Source: a virus
Taxonomy: Duplodnaviria; Caudoviricetes
Direction: 5' to 3' (one strand)
Virus record (IMG/VR): IMGVR_UViG_3300042924_005688
Span: 1 to 24,859 of that record
DNA: 24,859 nt
This document shows, in pieces, positions 15,068-23,010 of this stretch (its first letter is position 1; each line of letters begins with the position of its first letter). The notes below the pieces were generated by a model. The model saw only the letters and a program-made list of their open reading frames with translations, made no database searches and was not told the origin of the DNA. Position numbers and translations under genes: made by a program.

Positions 15068-15538
15068 ATGCCCGCGTCACTTGCCAAGCAAAGCTCCGCC
15101 ATGCATTCTCTAGCATGGCGGATCACCTATGAATGGGACTGCGCTAAGAACGACTACAAGACTATGCAGCAGATGCAAGACGTTTGGCAAGGTATCCTGG
15201 AATCCGCTAATTATCAATGCTTGGCTGATAAGCGCAAAGAGACTATTTTCTTCCTTTGGCATCACGTTAGGACCGTTACCCTAGTTAAGAATCAAGTACA
15301 CGGTCGTTGGTGTAATGGTAAGTTCTACGCCAACTGGTGTGACTTGCCAGAAAAATACATGTACAACGATAATTTACTTAAGACCTTACCCTCTGGCCAT
15401 TTTTGGGCGGTTGTTGATAGTAAGGGGCAAGCTACGTCGATTCGCTACTTTATCAGCAGTGACTGCGAAAATGAGGATAAATCACACTTTCTACCAGTAG
15501 CCGAATCTGCTGTTAGTTTTCGTAAGGTTAAATCTTAA
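15068..15538 (+). CDS. Hypothetical protein (156 aa)
   Basis: Start moved to ATG 15068, downstream of the element 8 -10. Confidence 0.72.
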   Translation: MPASLAKQSSAMHSLAWRITYEWDCAKNDYKTMQQMQDVWQGILESANYQCLADKRKETIFFLWHHVRTVTLVKNQVHGRWCNGKFYANWCDLPEKYMYNDNLLKTLPSGHFWAVVDSKGQATSIRYFISSDCENEDKSHFLPVAESAVSFRKVKS

Positions 15539-15568
15539 TCATCCCATCATCCCCTCGCAACTATCACA

Positions 15569-15868
15569 ATGTCACAAACACCAAGGCTGCCGACAGTTGT
15601 TGAGCCCACCTTAATTCTTGACGGATCATGGGGAATTTATATTCCGCAGATGTTCGGTACTAGATACCTTACTGAGGCAGACTGCAAGCGTTGTAATATA
15701 GATATAGGGTATGCAAGGGCATTGGGAGATACAGGGTCTGACCTTTACTGGGAAGCATGGGAAAGTGTGTTAGATAATTACAGTACAGAATTAGGCGAGA
15801 CGTTGTATCAGGATCAAGATGTTTGGCTTGTTCCCGCTGGCTTCAAGTGGCCAGACGATGGCATGTAA
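15569..15868 (+). CDS. Conserved-looking acidic phage protein
   Basis: 99 aa; D...GIYIPQ.F and YWEAWESVLDN..LYQDQDVWL. Confidence 0.78.
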   Translation: MSQTPRLPTVVEPTLILDGSWGIYIPQMFGTRYLTEADCKRCNIDIGYARALGDTGSDLYWEAWESVLDNYSTELGETLYQDQDVWLVPAGFKWPDDGM

Positions 15869-15894
15869 TTAGCATCTTGCGCCTAGCAAGCCAC

Positions 15895-15945
15895 ATTACT
15901 AACTGTTACGGGTCAGACTGCGAGCGTAGCATCTGACCCTAGAAT
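15895..15945 (+). promoter_or_regulatory. Cassette element 9
   Basis: ATTACTAA-CT-GTTACGGG (15895-15912), GGGTCAGA/TCTGACCC hairpin, TAGAAT 15940-15945. Confidence 0.78.
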
Positions 15946-15971
15946 AGACAGGCAAACAACCCACAGCAAGT

Positions 15972-16277
15972 ATGCAAGCTCAGCACGCTACAGGCCAAAC
16001 CGTCAAAAGCTCGGACCCTTGCAACTCTGGTCCTTGTGACCTAGCTTTTCTAACAGAAGAACAACTAATAACCCAGACACTTATCCATCAGGATAAGTTC
16101 AATTCTAATTGGATAACTTGCATGAACAATCATTACAGTTCGGGTATCTATATTGATGCTGAGATTGCAATGAACAACGCCTATGTAATGCTGCAGAGAA
16201 TACTAGATTATGTCTATGCTTATCGTTCTTCCAGCTTTTATGATATGCTTAATAACTTGTGCACTCCTAAGGCATAG
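15972..16277 (+). CDS. Hypothetical protein
   Basis: 101 aa after element 9. Confidence 0.68.
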   Translation: MQAQHATGQTVKSSDPCNSGPCDLAFLTEEQLITQTLIHQDKFNSNWITCMNNHYSSGIYIDAEIAMNNAYVMLQRILDYVYAYRSSSFYDMLNNLCTPKA

Positions 16278-16298
16278 CCTATCACTCCCCAATCGCTC

Positions 16299-16445
16299 AT
16301 GGCACGCTCTTCCTTGTTTATTGGATTCTGCGCTTATTTAGTTACCGGCACTATCGCTATGTCGTTTCTTAGTTCTTTAGCTGACAAGTTCAAGGCTAAA
16401 CAGTTTCCTATTACAACACAAACAGAATTGATTGAGTATAACTAG
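16299..16445 (+). CDS. Small membrane protein (48 aa)
   Basis: MARSSLFIGFCAYLVTGTIAMSFLSSLADKFKAKQFPITTQTELIEYN. Confidence 0.55.
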   Translation: MARSSLFIGFCAYLVTGTIAMSFLSSLADKFKAKQFPITTQTELIEYN

Positions 16446-16461
16446 CACTATCACTCTCCAA

Positions 16462-16671
16462 TCCTTCCCCGGTTTGTTATGCTTACCGGGGGGCAGGGTT
16501 GCGGTTTTCGCATAGCGGGGAGGGGGTGCCCATACCTCTCCCATCTCGCACCAGTATTCTCCCAATATAATATCCCGCCCCAACATTCTCCCAAAACAAT
16601 ATACCCACATACAAAAATACGCCAGCGTACAAACTAGCGTATAAGTTGGCGTACAAGCAACCGGGGTAGGA
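16462..16671. other. Structured intergenic element at the strand switch
   Basis: 12/13-bp terminal inverted repeats, four G-runs, 2x ATTCTCCCAA, 3x GCGTAYAA at 12-bp period. Confidence 0.55.
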
Positions 16672-16678
16672 GTTGCGT

Positions 16679-17245
16679 TTATGGCCTGCAAGTAAGCATC
16701 CATCCACCAGTGCCACCAACCATCCAGCGAGAGTTCCAGTTTTTGCGGCTGTAGTTTTGACGGTAGCCGTTGTAATTAGCAGTATAACCACCCTGAATCA
16801 ACCTGGCTTCGCCGTTAGGGTCGTTCTGAATCCAATGAGTAGAAGTGTAGCCAACAATCACGCTCCAGTGGCCGCCGCCAACAGGGTTGCTAACGTTGCC
16901 TTGATGCAGCCAGCCCACGGCAACAGGTCGGCCAGCGTTAATTTCAGCTTCAATAGTCTTGGGATTTCCGTCAGTTCTAAAATTAGCGTCCAGCCCTAGC
17001 GAGCGCAAGGCTCTAAGTTGAGCTTCAGCATCGGTGGTGTCCCCATACCTTTGCCGAATACTGTTATAGACATCATCGTTGGCAACCTTGCCGTAAAACA
17101 TGGCCAGCATAGCGCAGCTAGAGCTGAAACACTCTCGATAACCAGTGCCGCTGGCGTTATCGTTTTGAGACTGCCACTTGATATCGAGAGGGTTAGGGAA
17201 CCTGGGCGAAGTTGCGGTCACGATAACTCGCTGTTGATCACTCAT
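16679..17245 (-). CDS. Peptidase C39-like (papain-fold) protein, probable cell-wall hydrolase
   Basis: SQNDN..ECFSSSCAM (Cys), GGGHWSV (His), NDPNGE (Asp). Confidence 0.85.
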   Translation of the reverse strand: MSDQQRVIVTATSPRFPNPLDIKWQSQNDNASGTGYRECFSSSCAMLAMFYGKVANDDVYNSIRQRYGDTTDAEAQLRALRSLGLDANFRTDGNPKTIEAEINAGRPVAVGWLHQGNVSNPVGGGHWSVIVGYTSTHWIQNDPNGEARLIQGGYTANYNGYRQNYSRKNWNSRWMVGGTGGWMLTCRP

Positions 17246-17259
17246 CAATCATAGCACAA

Positions 17260-17427
17260 TCATCGCAGCGTCAGCGTCTTGCGGGCAACAAGATGTGTCA
17301 CTCCTGCCGGATCAACGACAACAACGCCAGCCGTTGCAGAAGATGGTAACAGTTTGTAGGAATATGGCAGCTTCCAGCCAATCTCGCCGTTGTGCCGGAC
17401 CATCGTAAACTCGCGGGGGCGTTCCAT
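17260..17427 (-). CDS. Small hypothetical protein (55 aa)
   Basis: MERPREFTMVRHNGEIGWKLPYSYKLLPSSATAGVVVVDPAGVTHLVARKTLTLR; TATGAT 6 nt upstream of ATG. Confidence 0.6.
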   Translation of the reverse strand: MERPREFTMVRHNGEIGWKLPYSYKLLPSSATAGVVVVDPAGVTHLVARKTLTLR

Positions 17428-17433
17428 GGCTCA

Positions 17434-17473
17434 ATCATACCTCATCCCTTGCCGGCAAGCAACGTGATAGAAT
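17434..17473. promoter_or_regulatory. Divergent -10 pair around a 12-bp palindrome
   Basis: Minus TATGAT (17439-17434), CTTGCCGGCAAG (17448-17459), plus TG-A-TAGAAT (17468-17473). Confidence 0.6.
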
Positions 17474-17496
17474 GACGCTGCAACAATCAACGCATC

Positions 17497-18012
17497 ATGG
17501 GCACTCTCGCTGACTGGCAGATCCACGAACGCTGCATGGCTGGCATGGTCACTCCGTATGATCCTGCATTGCTTAACCCAGCGTCGCTTGACCTGCGCTT
17601 GGGCAGCAACATTATGATCGAATCAGTGGAAAGCCCAGAGATGGTGCTAGTTTCAATCGCTAAATACACAGAGAAAAATCCTTATCTCATAGTGCCAGGA
17701 CAGTTTTTCCTGGCTGAAACTGAAGAGTTTTTTAACATTCCTAACGACTTAGAAGGCCAATTTATCCTTAAATCGTCTCGCGCAAGGAGTGGATTACAGC
17801 ATTTGATGGCCGGTTTTTGCGATCCCGGCTGGCACGGCTCGCGCTTGACACTTGAGCTTAAAAATGTTCGCCAACTTTGGCCGATAGGCATTTATCCAGG
17901 TATGAAAATTGGGCAGATGAAGTTTTCTACGATGGATTCCGAACCTAGGCGCTCTTACGCCGTCACCGGCAGGTATAATAACGATGCAACCGTCACCGCA
18001 TCAAAGGGTTAA
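17497..18012 (+). CDS. dcd: dCTP deaminase
   Basis: NPASLDLRLG, LKSSRARSG, AGFCDPGWHG.RLTLEL, GMKIGQM, GRY. Confidence 0.95.
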   Translation: MGTLADWQIHERCMAGMVTPYDPALLNPASLDLRLGSNIMIESVESPEMVLVSIAKYTEKNPYLIVPGQFFLAETEEFFNIPNDLEGQFILKSSRARSGLQHLMAGFCDPGWHGSRLTLELKNVRQLWPIGIYPGMKIGQMKFSTMDSEPRRSYAVTGRYNNDATVTASKG

Positions 18013-18016
18013 AGTT

Positions 18017-18568
18017 ATGAATCCTTCACGCCGCAAGCCTAAATTGCTTATTATCGGCCATGCTCGTCACGGCAAAGATACCCTTGCCAAAAAAATCCGC
18101 GACAGAATGGACCTGGCGTTTACCTCTTCTTCAGTTTTTGTCGGACAAGAATGTATTTGGCCCACTTGGGGTCGCCAGCGCTACCATACTTTTGAGGAAA
18201 TGTTTGCGGATAGAGTTAATCATCGAAAAACATGGGCAGATTTAATCTCCGCTTACAATACTCCCGACAAAACACGAACGGCTCGAACCATGCTTGAGCG
18301 TGGTTACGATATGTACGTTGGGATGCGAAAGCGGGACGAGTTTAATGCTTGCCGCAAAGCTAGATTATTTGATTGCGTTATTTGGGTTGACGCACGGCAG
18401 CGCAAGCCCCTGGAAAGCAAGGATTCGATGGAACTGACCATCTACGACGCTGAACTTTATTGCGATAACCATGGACTCGAAAAAGACTTGGACTCGTTTG
18501 TAGGCGAACTTCAAAATCTTTTTCACTCTAAAGGCTACTGCGCTGGCCCCGATGCTGAGTGGCACTAA
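18017..18568 (+). CDS. P-loop deoxynucleoside monophosphate kinase-like protein
   Basis: N-terminal LLIIGHARHGKDT Walker A; YVGMR..E and IWVDA motifs; adjacent to dcd. Start ATG 18017. Confidence 0.72.
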   Translation: MNPSRRKPKLLIIGHARHGKDTLAKKIRDRMDLAFTSSSVFVGQECIWPTWGRQRYHTFEEMFADRVNHRKTWADLISAYNTPDKTRTARTMLERGYDMYVGMRKRDEFNACRKARLFDCVIWVDARQRKPLESKDSMELTIYDAELYCDNHGLEKDLDSFVGELQNLFHSKGYCAGPDAEWH

Positions 18569-18819
18569 TGGGAAGTCGCAGCAACAGAATTAAGTGCCCC
18601 GATCCTGGCTGCGGCTCGGTTAACGTAATCGTTGTCGAAACGCGCTACATGGTATGCGGCAGCCGGGTAAGGCGGCGGCGTTGTGAATGCTGCAAGAAGT
18701 TATGGCATACGATACAACCGCCTGAGCAAGAAGTCGAAGGCTGGCGGTTTTCCTGGCCGAGGCGGGAACCAGTTGCTCGACTACCACCAGCAGAATCTGC
18801 AGAAAAAAGCAAAATATAG
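18568..18819 (+). CDS. NrdR-like Zn-ribbon protein without ATP cone
   Basis: KCPDPGCGS...VVETR....RVRRRRCECCKKLWHT; TAATG coupling. Confidence 0.75.
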   Translation: MGSRSNRIKCPDPGCGSVNVIVVETRYMVCGSRVRRRRCECCKKLWHTIQPPEQEVEGWRFSWPRREPVARLPPAESAEKSKI

Positions 18820-18823
18820 AGAA

Positions 18824-20209
18824 TCAGTATATCTGGTGAGTGGTGACAGTACCCGATTCGCCTTTCGCAAGGTTAAATTTACCTAAACACAGATACCCAA
18901 AGGCGTCGAAAGCATGATCGACGCCAAGTTTCTTGTTTGGCATTCTTGTTCCTTCAGCGTAACCAAGCGTACGAAACGACTTTATTAGCTCCCGGCAACG
19001 CGGATGAATCTTAGCATGCACTTCCCCGTCTGCCGTGCGCAATGCTGCGTTCACAGATCGAATCTTGTCAGCGGTGTTATAGGGCGCTTCAGGGGCAAAA
19101 ACAGTAATTCCGGCTTTTCTTAGGATCTGATGATCGCTGACGCCAATACCAGACGTTTGCTTCCTTTTGCCGGTTGGATCAGGACAGGCAATAATACGGC
19201 GGCGAGTTTCGGCAAATCCATAACCATCCTCATTTTTCCAGCAGTCGCCGCCATACAGATCAATTAACACCCCTGCCATGTCCCAAGTGGTAGCACCCTT
19301 TAGGTTTAGCTCATTAAAGATTCGCAGTTCCGTTACTCTGCCGTTTACCTTAATAATGTTTGCGCAAATAGCAGTAAGCGGATCGTTGTTAAAGTCCATT
19401 CCAACATATAGCGGCAACCTTGGATCGTCTTCAATCGTTGAGTCGATATTATCCATCGAGAAACATGACACCACAAGACCCGTATTTGATAGTATCTTCG
19501 CTTCGTACTCGCGCTCGAACACTTCAGGCGCTAGCGTTCTTCTGGCTTCTGCAATCTCGGATGCTGGAATGTTGCCGCCTTGCAAGGATGTGTACTCATA
19601 TAATGACCATTGCTTAGGGTCAAGCCTCTCCAGGCCAGGATCGGCCATGTCAGCATTCTGTAGAAGCAAGATTGTTTCGTAGAACCAACCTGCGGTGCCT
19701 TCAGGCGATGGAGTGGTAGTAAAGAGCGCCCAGCCGTTGCGGTCAGAAAGTGCAGGACGGATAACTGATCTCCATGTATATTCCGTCTGAAAAGCGCATT
19801 CGTCTAAATTTACTCCACTTAATGCAGGACCGCGCAAAGCATCTGGATCTTCAGAACCCTTAAGGTAGATGCAAGATCCGTTAATTAAATCTATTCTAAG
19901 GTTTGATTCGTTTTTCTTTCTTATCCAACGTTCGGGAATAATACTCTTGTAAGTATCCCAAGCGATCTCTTTTGCCATCCGATACGTTGGCGCAACATAA
20001 TAGTAATTGCCCTTGCGCTCACTAGCGCCGCGCAGCATTTCGATTGCCCCTAGCACCGTCTTTCCGCCACGCCGGCCAGCTAAGACAACACGAAAACGGC
20101 GTCGATCATTAAAAATCATCCCCTGCATTGGCCGCAGAGAAAGCCGGTTTTTACCTACTACAATGTCGCCACTTGGGCGAAGTCCCGTAGGGGCAGTAGC
20201 TGTCGCCAT
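18824..20209 (-). CDS. terL: Terminase large subunit
   Basis: AGRRGGKT Walker A, YVAPTY, LRG..LDE Walker B, FTTTP, nuclease VGMDFN and DHAFDAFGY. Confidence 0.96.
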   Translation of the reverse strand: MATATAPTGLRPSGDIVVGKNRLSLRPMQGMIFNDRRRFRVVLAGRRGGKTVLGAIEMLRGASERKGNYYYVAPTYRMAKEIAWDTYKSIIPERWIRKKNESNLRIDLINGSCIYLKGSEDPDALRGPALSGVNLDECAFQTEYTWRSVIRPALSDRNGWALFTTTPSPEGTAGWFYETILLLQNADMADPGLERLDPKQWSLYEYTSLQGGNIPASEIAEARRTLAPEVFEREYEAKILSNTGLVVSCFSMDNIDSTIEDDPRLPLYVGMDFNNDPLTAICANIIKVNGRVTELRIFNELNLKGATTWDMAGVLIDLYGGDCWKNEDGYGFAETRRRIIACPDPTGKRKQTSGIGVSDHQILRKAGITVFAPEAPYNTADKIRSVNAALRTADGEVHAKIHPRCRELIKSFRTLGYAEGTRMPNKKLGVDHAFDAFGYLCLGKFNLAKGESGTVTTHQIY

Positions 20210-20290
20210 GGAGACTCGATCTTATCCACCGACTGTAACCCGTGCATCCTGGCGCCGGCAGGCTAGGCTACTGGCAAACGCTTTGCCGCA

Positions 20291-21790
20291 ATGAACCTAG
20301 CAACCAGAAAAATATCACTGCCAAACTACATAGACGTAGATAGTCCATTTTATATGGACGACATAAATAGGCGAATGCGGCAAAAGTGGGAGATAATGCA
20401 AGCCGTCACAAAGGGGACTGAGTATTTACATGCAAATGCACATATCTACCTGCCGCGTGAACCAAGAGAGCAAGAAGATCCCAAGACCAAAATTGACCCA
20501 TGGAAGACTCGCGTTAATCTTTCTGTTTTAGCGCCATTTACAAAGCGCTTAATTCATAACGCAGCCGGCATGGTTATGCGTAAGATGATTAAACTAGAAG
20601 GCGGTGATCCATACTGGGAAGAGGAGTTTAGGAAAGATGTTGATGGCGACGGTACTTCTTTGGACTTGTTTGCTCTAAAGCGGCTAGAAGTTGCGCTTAC
20701 TTATGGCATGTCGTCAATAGTTGTCGACGCGGAAAAACGCGAAGCGCAATCTGCTAACGATCAGATTAAACCACTGCGCCCATACTTTGTGCCGGTTGAT
20801 CCATGGCAGTATTTAGGCAGCCGGCGAGAAAGCGACGATCCTGGCGCAAAGCTAACAACGTTTCGCTATCAGGAAGAGCGCAAAGTTGCTAAGGGCGCCT
20901 ACGGGGAAGAGTACGTTTTTGTCGCTCGCGTTCTTGTCCCTGGCGCTTACGAAGTGTTTGAATCAAACAAAACAATAGGTGACATTGGCTTTACCCCTCT
21001 CGACTATATTCCGTTAGTGCATATCTATGCTGAGAAAGAAGGCTACTTATGCGCTACTCCCCCACTGTCTGACGTTGCGCATCTGAATATCGCCCACTAC
21101 CGGCGCCTAGCGGACCTTCTGCATTCGTTGCACATTGCCGCTATTGGATTGCTGGTGCTAGAGGATTACGACAATAACGAGGCGATTACGGGGCAGAATT
21201 ATGCCATCAGAATGAATGTCGGCCACAAAGCGTACTGGGTTCGGTGTGACGCTGGCTCTTTTGTAGCGCAAGCGGCTTTACTTGATCGCCTGGAGAATGA
21301 AATCTCGCATCTTGGCGTTACAAAGCTGCTAGGTCAGAAGCATGTAGCTGAAAGTGCCGACGCAAAGCGTATCGACCACCAGCAAGCCAACTGCGTGCTA
21401 TCAGTGGCTGCAACTGAAACGCAGGCTGCACTTAATGAAGCATTTAGAATGGCGGCAGAATACAGAGGCATAGAACCACCTAGGGTTGTTATCGACAAAG
21501 ACTTTGACTTCTATCGCCTGCTAGGCCAAGATGTAAGCGTACTGGCTGACATAGAGGCCAGTGGCCAAATTACGACTGAACTATTCCATCGCATCCTGGC
21601 CCAAGGTGAATGGATACCTGAAGACGTGGATCTAGTTGAGCTAGGCAAAGCCGTTAAAGAGTTGAAAAAAGAGGCGGAACGTGTTATGCTTGAGCAGCAA
21701 AAAACGCAGAACGCCAATGGTGCCGCAGGATCAGGACGCTCGCTCCCGTCTTCTGGAGCTGGTCGAAAAACAAGCGCTGGCAGTGCGTGA
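20291..21790 (+). CDS. Portal protein (DUF4055-like)
   Basis: 499 aa; YLPREPRE, DVDGDGTSL, IPLV, PPLSDVAHLNIAHYR, ESADAKRID; position before scaffold and capsid. Confidence 0.9.
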   Translation: MNLATRKISLPNYIDVDSPFYMDDINRRMRQKWEIMQAVTKGTEYLHANAHIYLPREPREQEDPKTKIDPWKTRVNLSVLAPFTKRLIHNAAGMVMRKMIKLEGGDPYWEEEFRKDVDGDGTSLDLFALKRLEVALTYGMSSIVVDAEKREAQSANDQIKPLRPYFVPVDPWQYLGSRRESDDPGAKLTTFRYQEERKVAKGAYGEEYVFVARVLVPGAYEVFESNKTIGDIGFTPLDYIPLVHIYAEKEGYLCATPPLSDVAHLNIAHYRRLADLLHSLHIAAIGLLVLEDYDNNEAITGQNYAIRMNVGHKAYWVRCDAGSFVAQAALLDRLENEISHLGVTKLLGQKHVAESADAKRIDHQQANCVLSVAATETQAALNEAFRMAAEYRGIEPPRVVIDKDFDFYRLLGQDVSVLADIEASGQITTELFHRILAQGEWIPEDVDLVELGKAVKELKKEAERVMLEQQKTQNANGAAGSGRSLPSSGAGRKTSAGSA

Positions 21791-21799
21791 AGACACTAA

Positions 21800-21841
21800 G
21801 AAAGCCCCTGAACCGCTACACGCAGCAGTTCAGGGGCTTTC
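21800..21841. terminator. Hairpin between convergent genes (probably bidirectional terminator)
   Basis: GAAAGCCCCTGAAC/GTTCAGGGGCTTTC, 14-bp perfect stem. Confidence 0.75.
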
Positions 21842-21856
21842 AGTTAGGCGCTGCGA

Positions 21857-22180
21857 TCAGAAGCCGGACTCACGCTGAACGGCCTTAGTGGCCCGAATCG
21901 ACTCACGATTAATCATCGGCTTTTTCAACACTTCGGTCTTGCATTCGCCGTCTGCGCCAACGGTCTTCCGAAGTACCAGGCCGCCCATGTTGACTGTCTC
22001 AGGGCCGGTCGGCTTGTTTTCGTCGTCAGAAGCCGGCTCAAGCTGTGCCAGCCGTGCTTTGAGCTGTGCAATCTCAGTAGCCGGATCGGGCGCGGCAGGG
22101 GCCACGGGCTCAGTGGGCGCGGGAGCAGCCGGAACGCTGGGCTTTACCGCAGGGGCTGGAGTCGGGGCGGCTGTTGCCAT
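21857..22180 (-). CDS. Hypothetical protein with Pro/Ala-rich N-terminus and short coiled coil
   Basis: 107 aa, CCATG context, fills the portal-scaffold gap and ends at the hairpin. Confidence 0.68.
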   Translation of the reverse strand: MATAAPTPAPAVKPSVPAAPAPTEPVAPAAPDPATEIAQLKARLAQLEPASDDENKPTGPETVNMGGLVLRKTVGADGECKTEVLKKPMINRESIRATKAVQRESGF

Positions 22181-22232
22181 GGTGCAATGAATCGGTTACG
22201 CGCTACAGTATAGCGCATCCACCAATCAAGTC

Positions 22233-22934
22233 ATGGAACTCACCGCTGAACAAATTGCAGAATTGCAACGCAAGGCCGCAGAAGCCGAAGACCTCAAGCA
22301 ACAACTGGCTGCTGTAAATGGCAACAAGGAGACAATTTTAACTGAAAAGAAAAAAGTAACCGACGAACTTAAGGAGCTGAGAGACAAGGAAGCGGAGCGC
22401 GTTAGAAAGGACTTAGAAAAAAGAGGCGAGTTTGAACAACTGCTCAAACAAGCAAACGACAACCTTGAAGCGCTAAGGAAAGAAAACGAAGAAAAGGACA
22501 AGGCCATTTTAGAAGCAGACGCTAAGCGCGTCGAAGATCGTAAGCGTGCTGATTTTCTTGCTGTCTTTAATGCCGCCGAAGTGTTCCATCCCGAGCACGC
22601 ATGGGCATTGCTACATTCTCTCGTTCAAGACAAGAACGGCAAAACTATTGCAGTTATTGATGGCTTAGAGGTTGTTATCACCGACCTTGCCGGCAAGCTC
22701 CGCAAAAACCCTCAATACGCCTATCTGTTCAAGCCCCAAGGCGGTAGCGGTGGCATGGGCTCCAGGCCGGCTACGGGCGCTTCTGCCGCTCCTGGTGGCG
22801 GCATTGTCACCAACCCATGGCTTCCTGGTGGAAACGTGACCGCACGCATCGCCATACAGCATGAAGATCCTGATTTAGCTGCTAAGCTGAAGGCTGAAGC
22901 GGAGGCTATCATCGCCTCTCGCGGCCAAGGGTAA
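22233..22934 (+). CDS. Capsid scaffolding protein
   Basis: Charged coiled coil, FKPQGGSGGMG, NPW..N.T....DPDLA..LKAEA; directly upstream of the capsid gene. Confidence 0.85.
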   Translation: MELTAEQIAELQRKAAEAEDLKQQLAAVNGNKETILTEKKKVTDELKELRDKEAERVRKDLEKRGEFEQLLKQANDNLEALRKENEEKDKAILEADAKRVEDRKRADFLAVFNAAEVFHPEHAWALLHSLVQDKNGKTIAVIDGLEVVITDLAGKLRKNPQYAYLFKPQGGSGGMGSRPATGASAAPGGGIVTNPWLPGGNVTARIAIQHEDPDLAAKLKAEAEAIIASRGQG

Positions 22935-23010
22935 AGCTGTGCCGAACCCTGGGCAAAAGCATCGACGGCTGTGCGGTCATGCCGACTAAACAACCTCTGC
23001 TTTTCCTCCA

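Noticed and set aside
9498-15912. Pho box (SphR/PhoB) reading of the repeated box
   Set aside because: Half-sites repeat at 10 bp, not the 11 bp of Pho boxes, and are TTACA-type.
17343-17360. Minus-strand box-like match CCTACAAA-CT-GTTACCAT
   Set aside because: Lies inside the 55-aa ORF with no -10 at 30 or 40 nt spacing; chance match not excluded.
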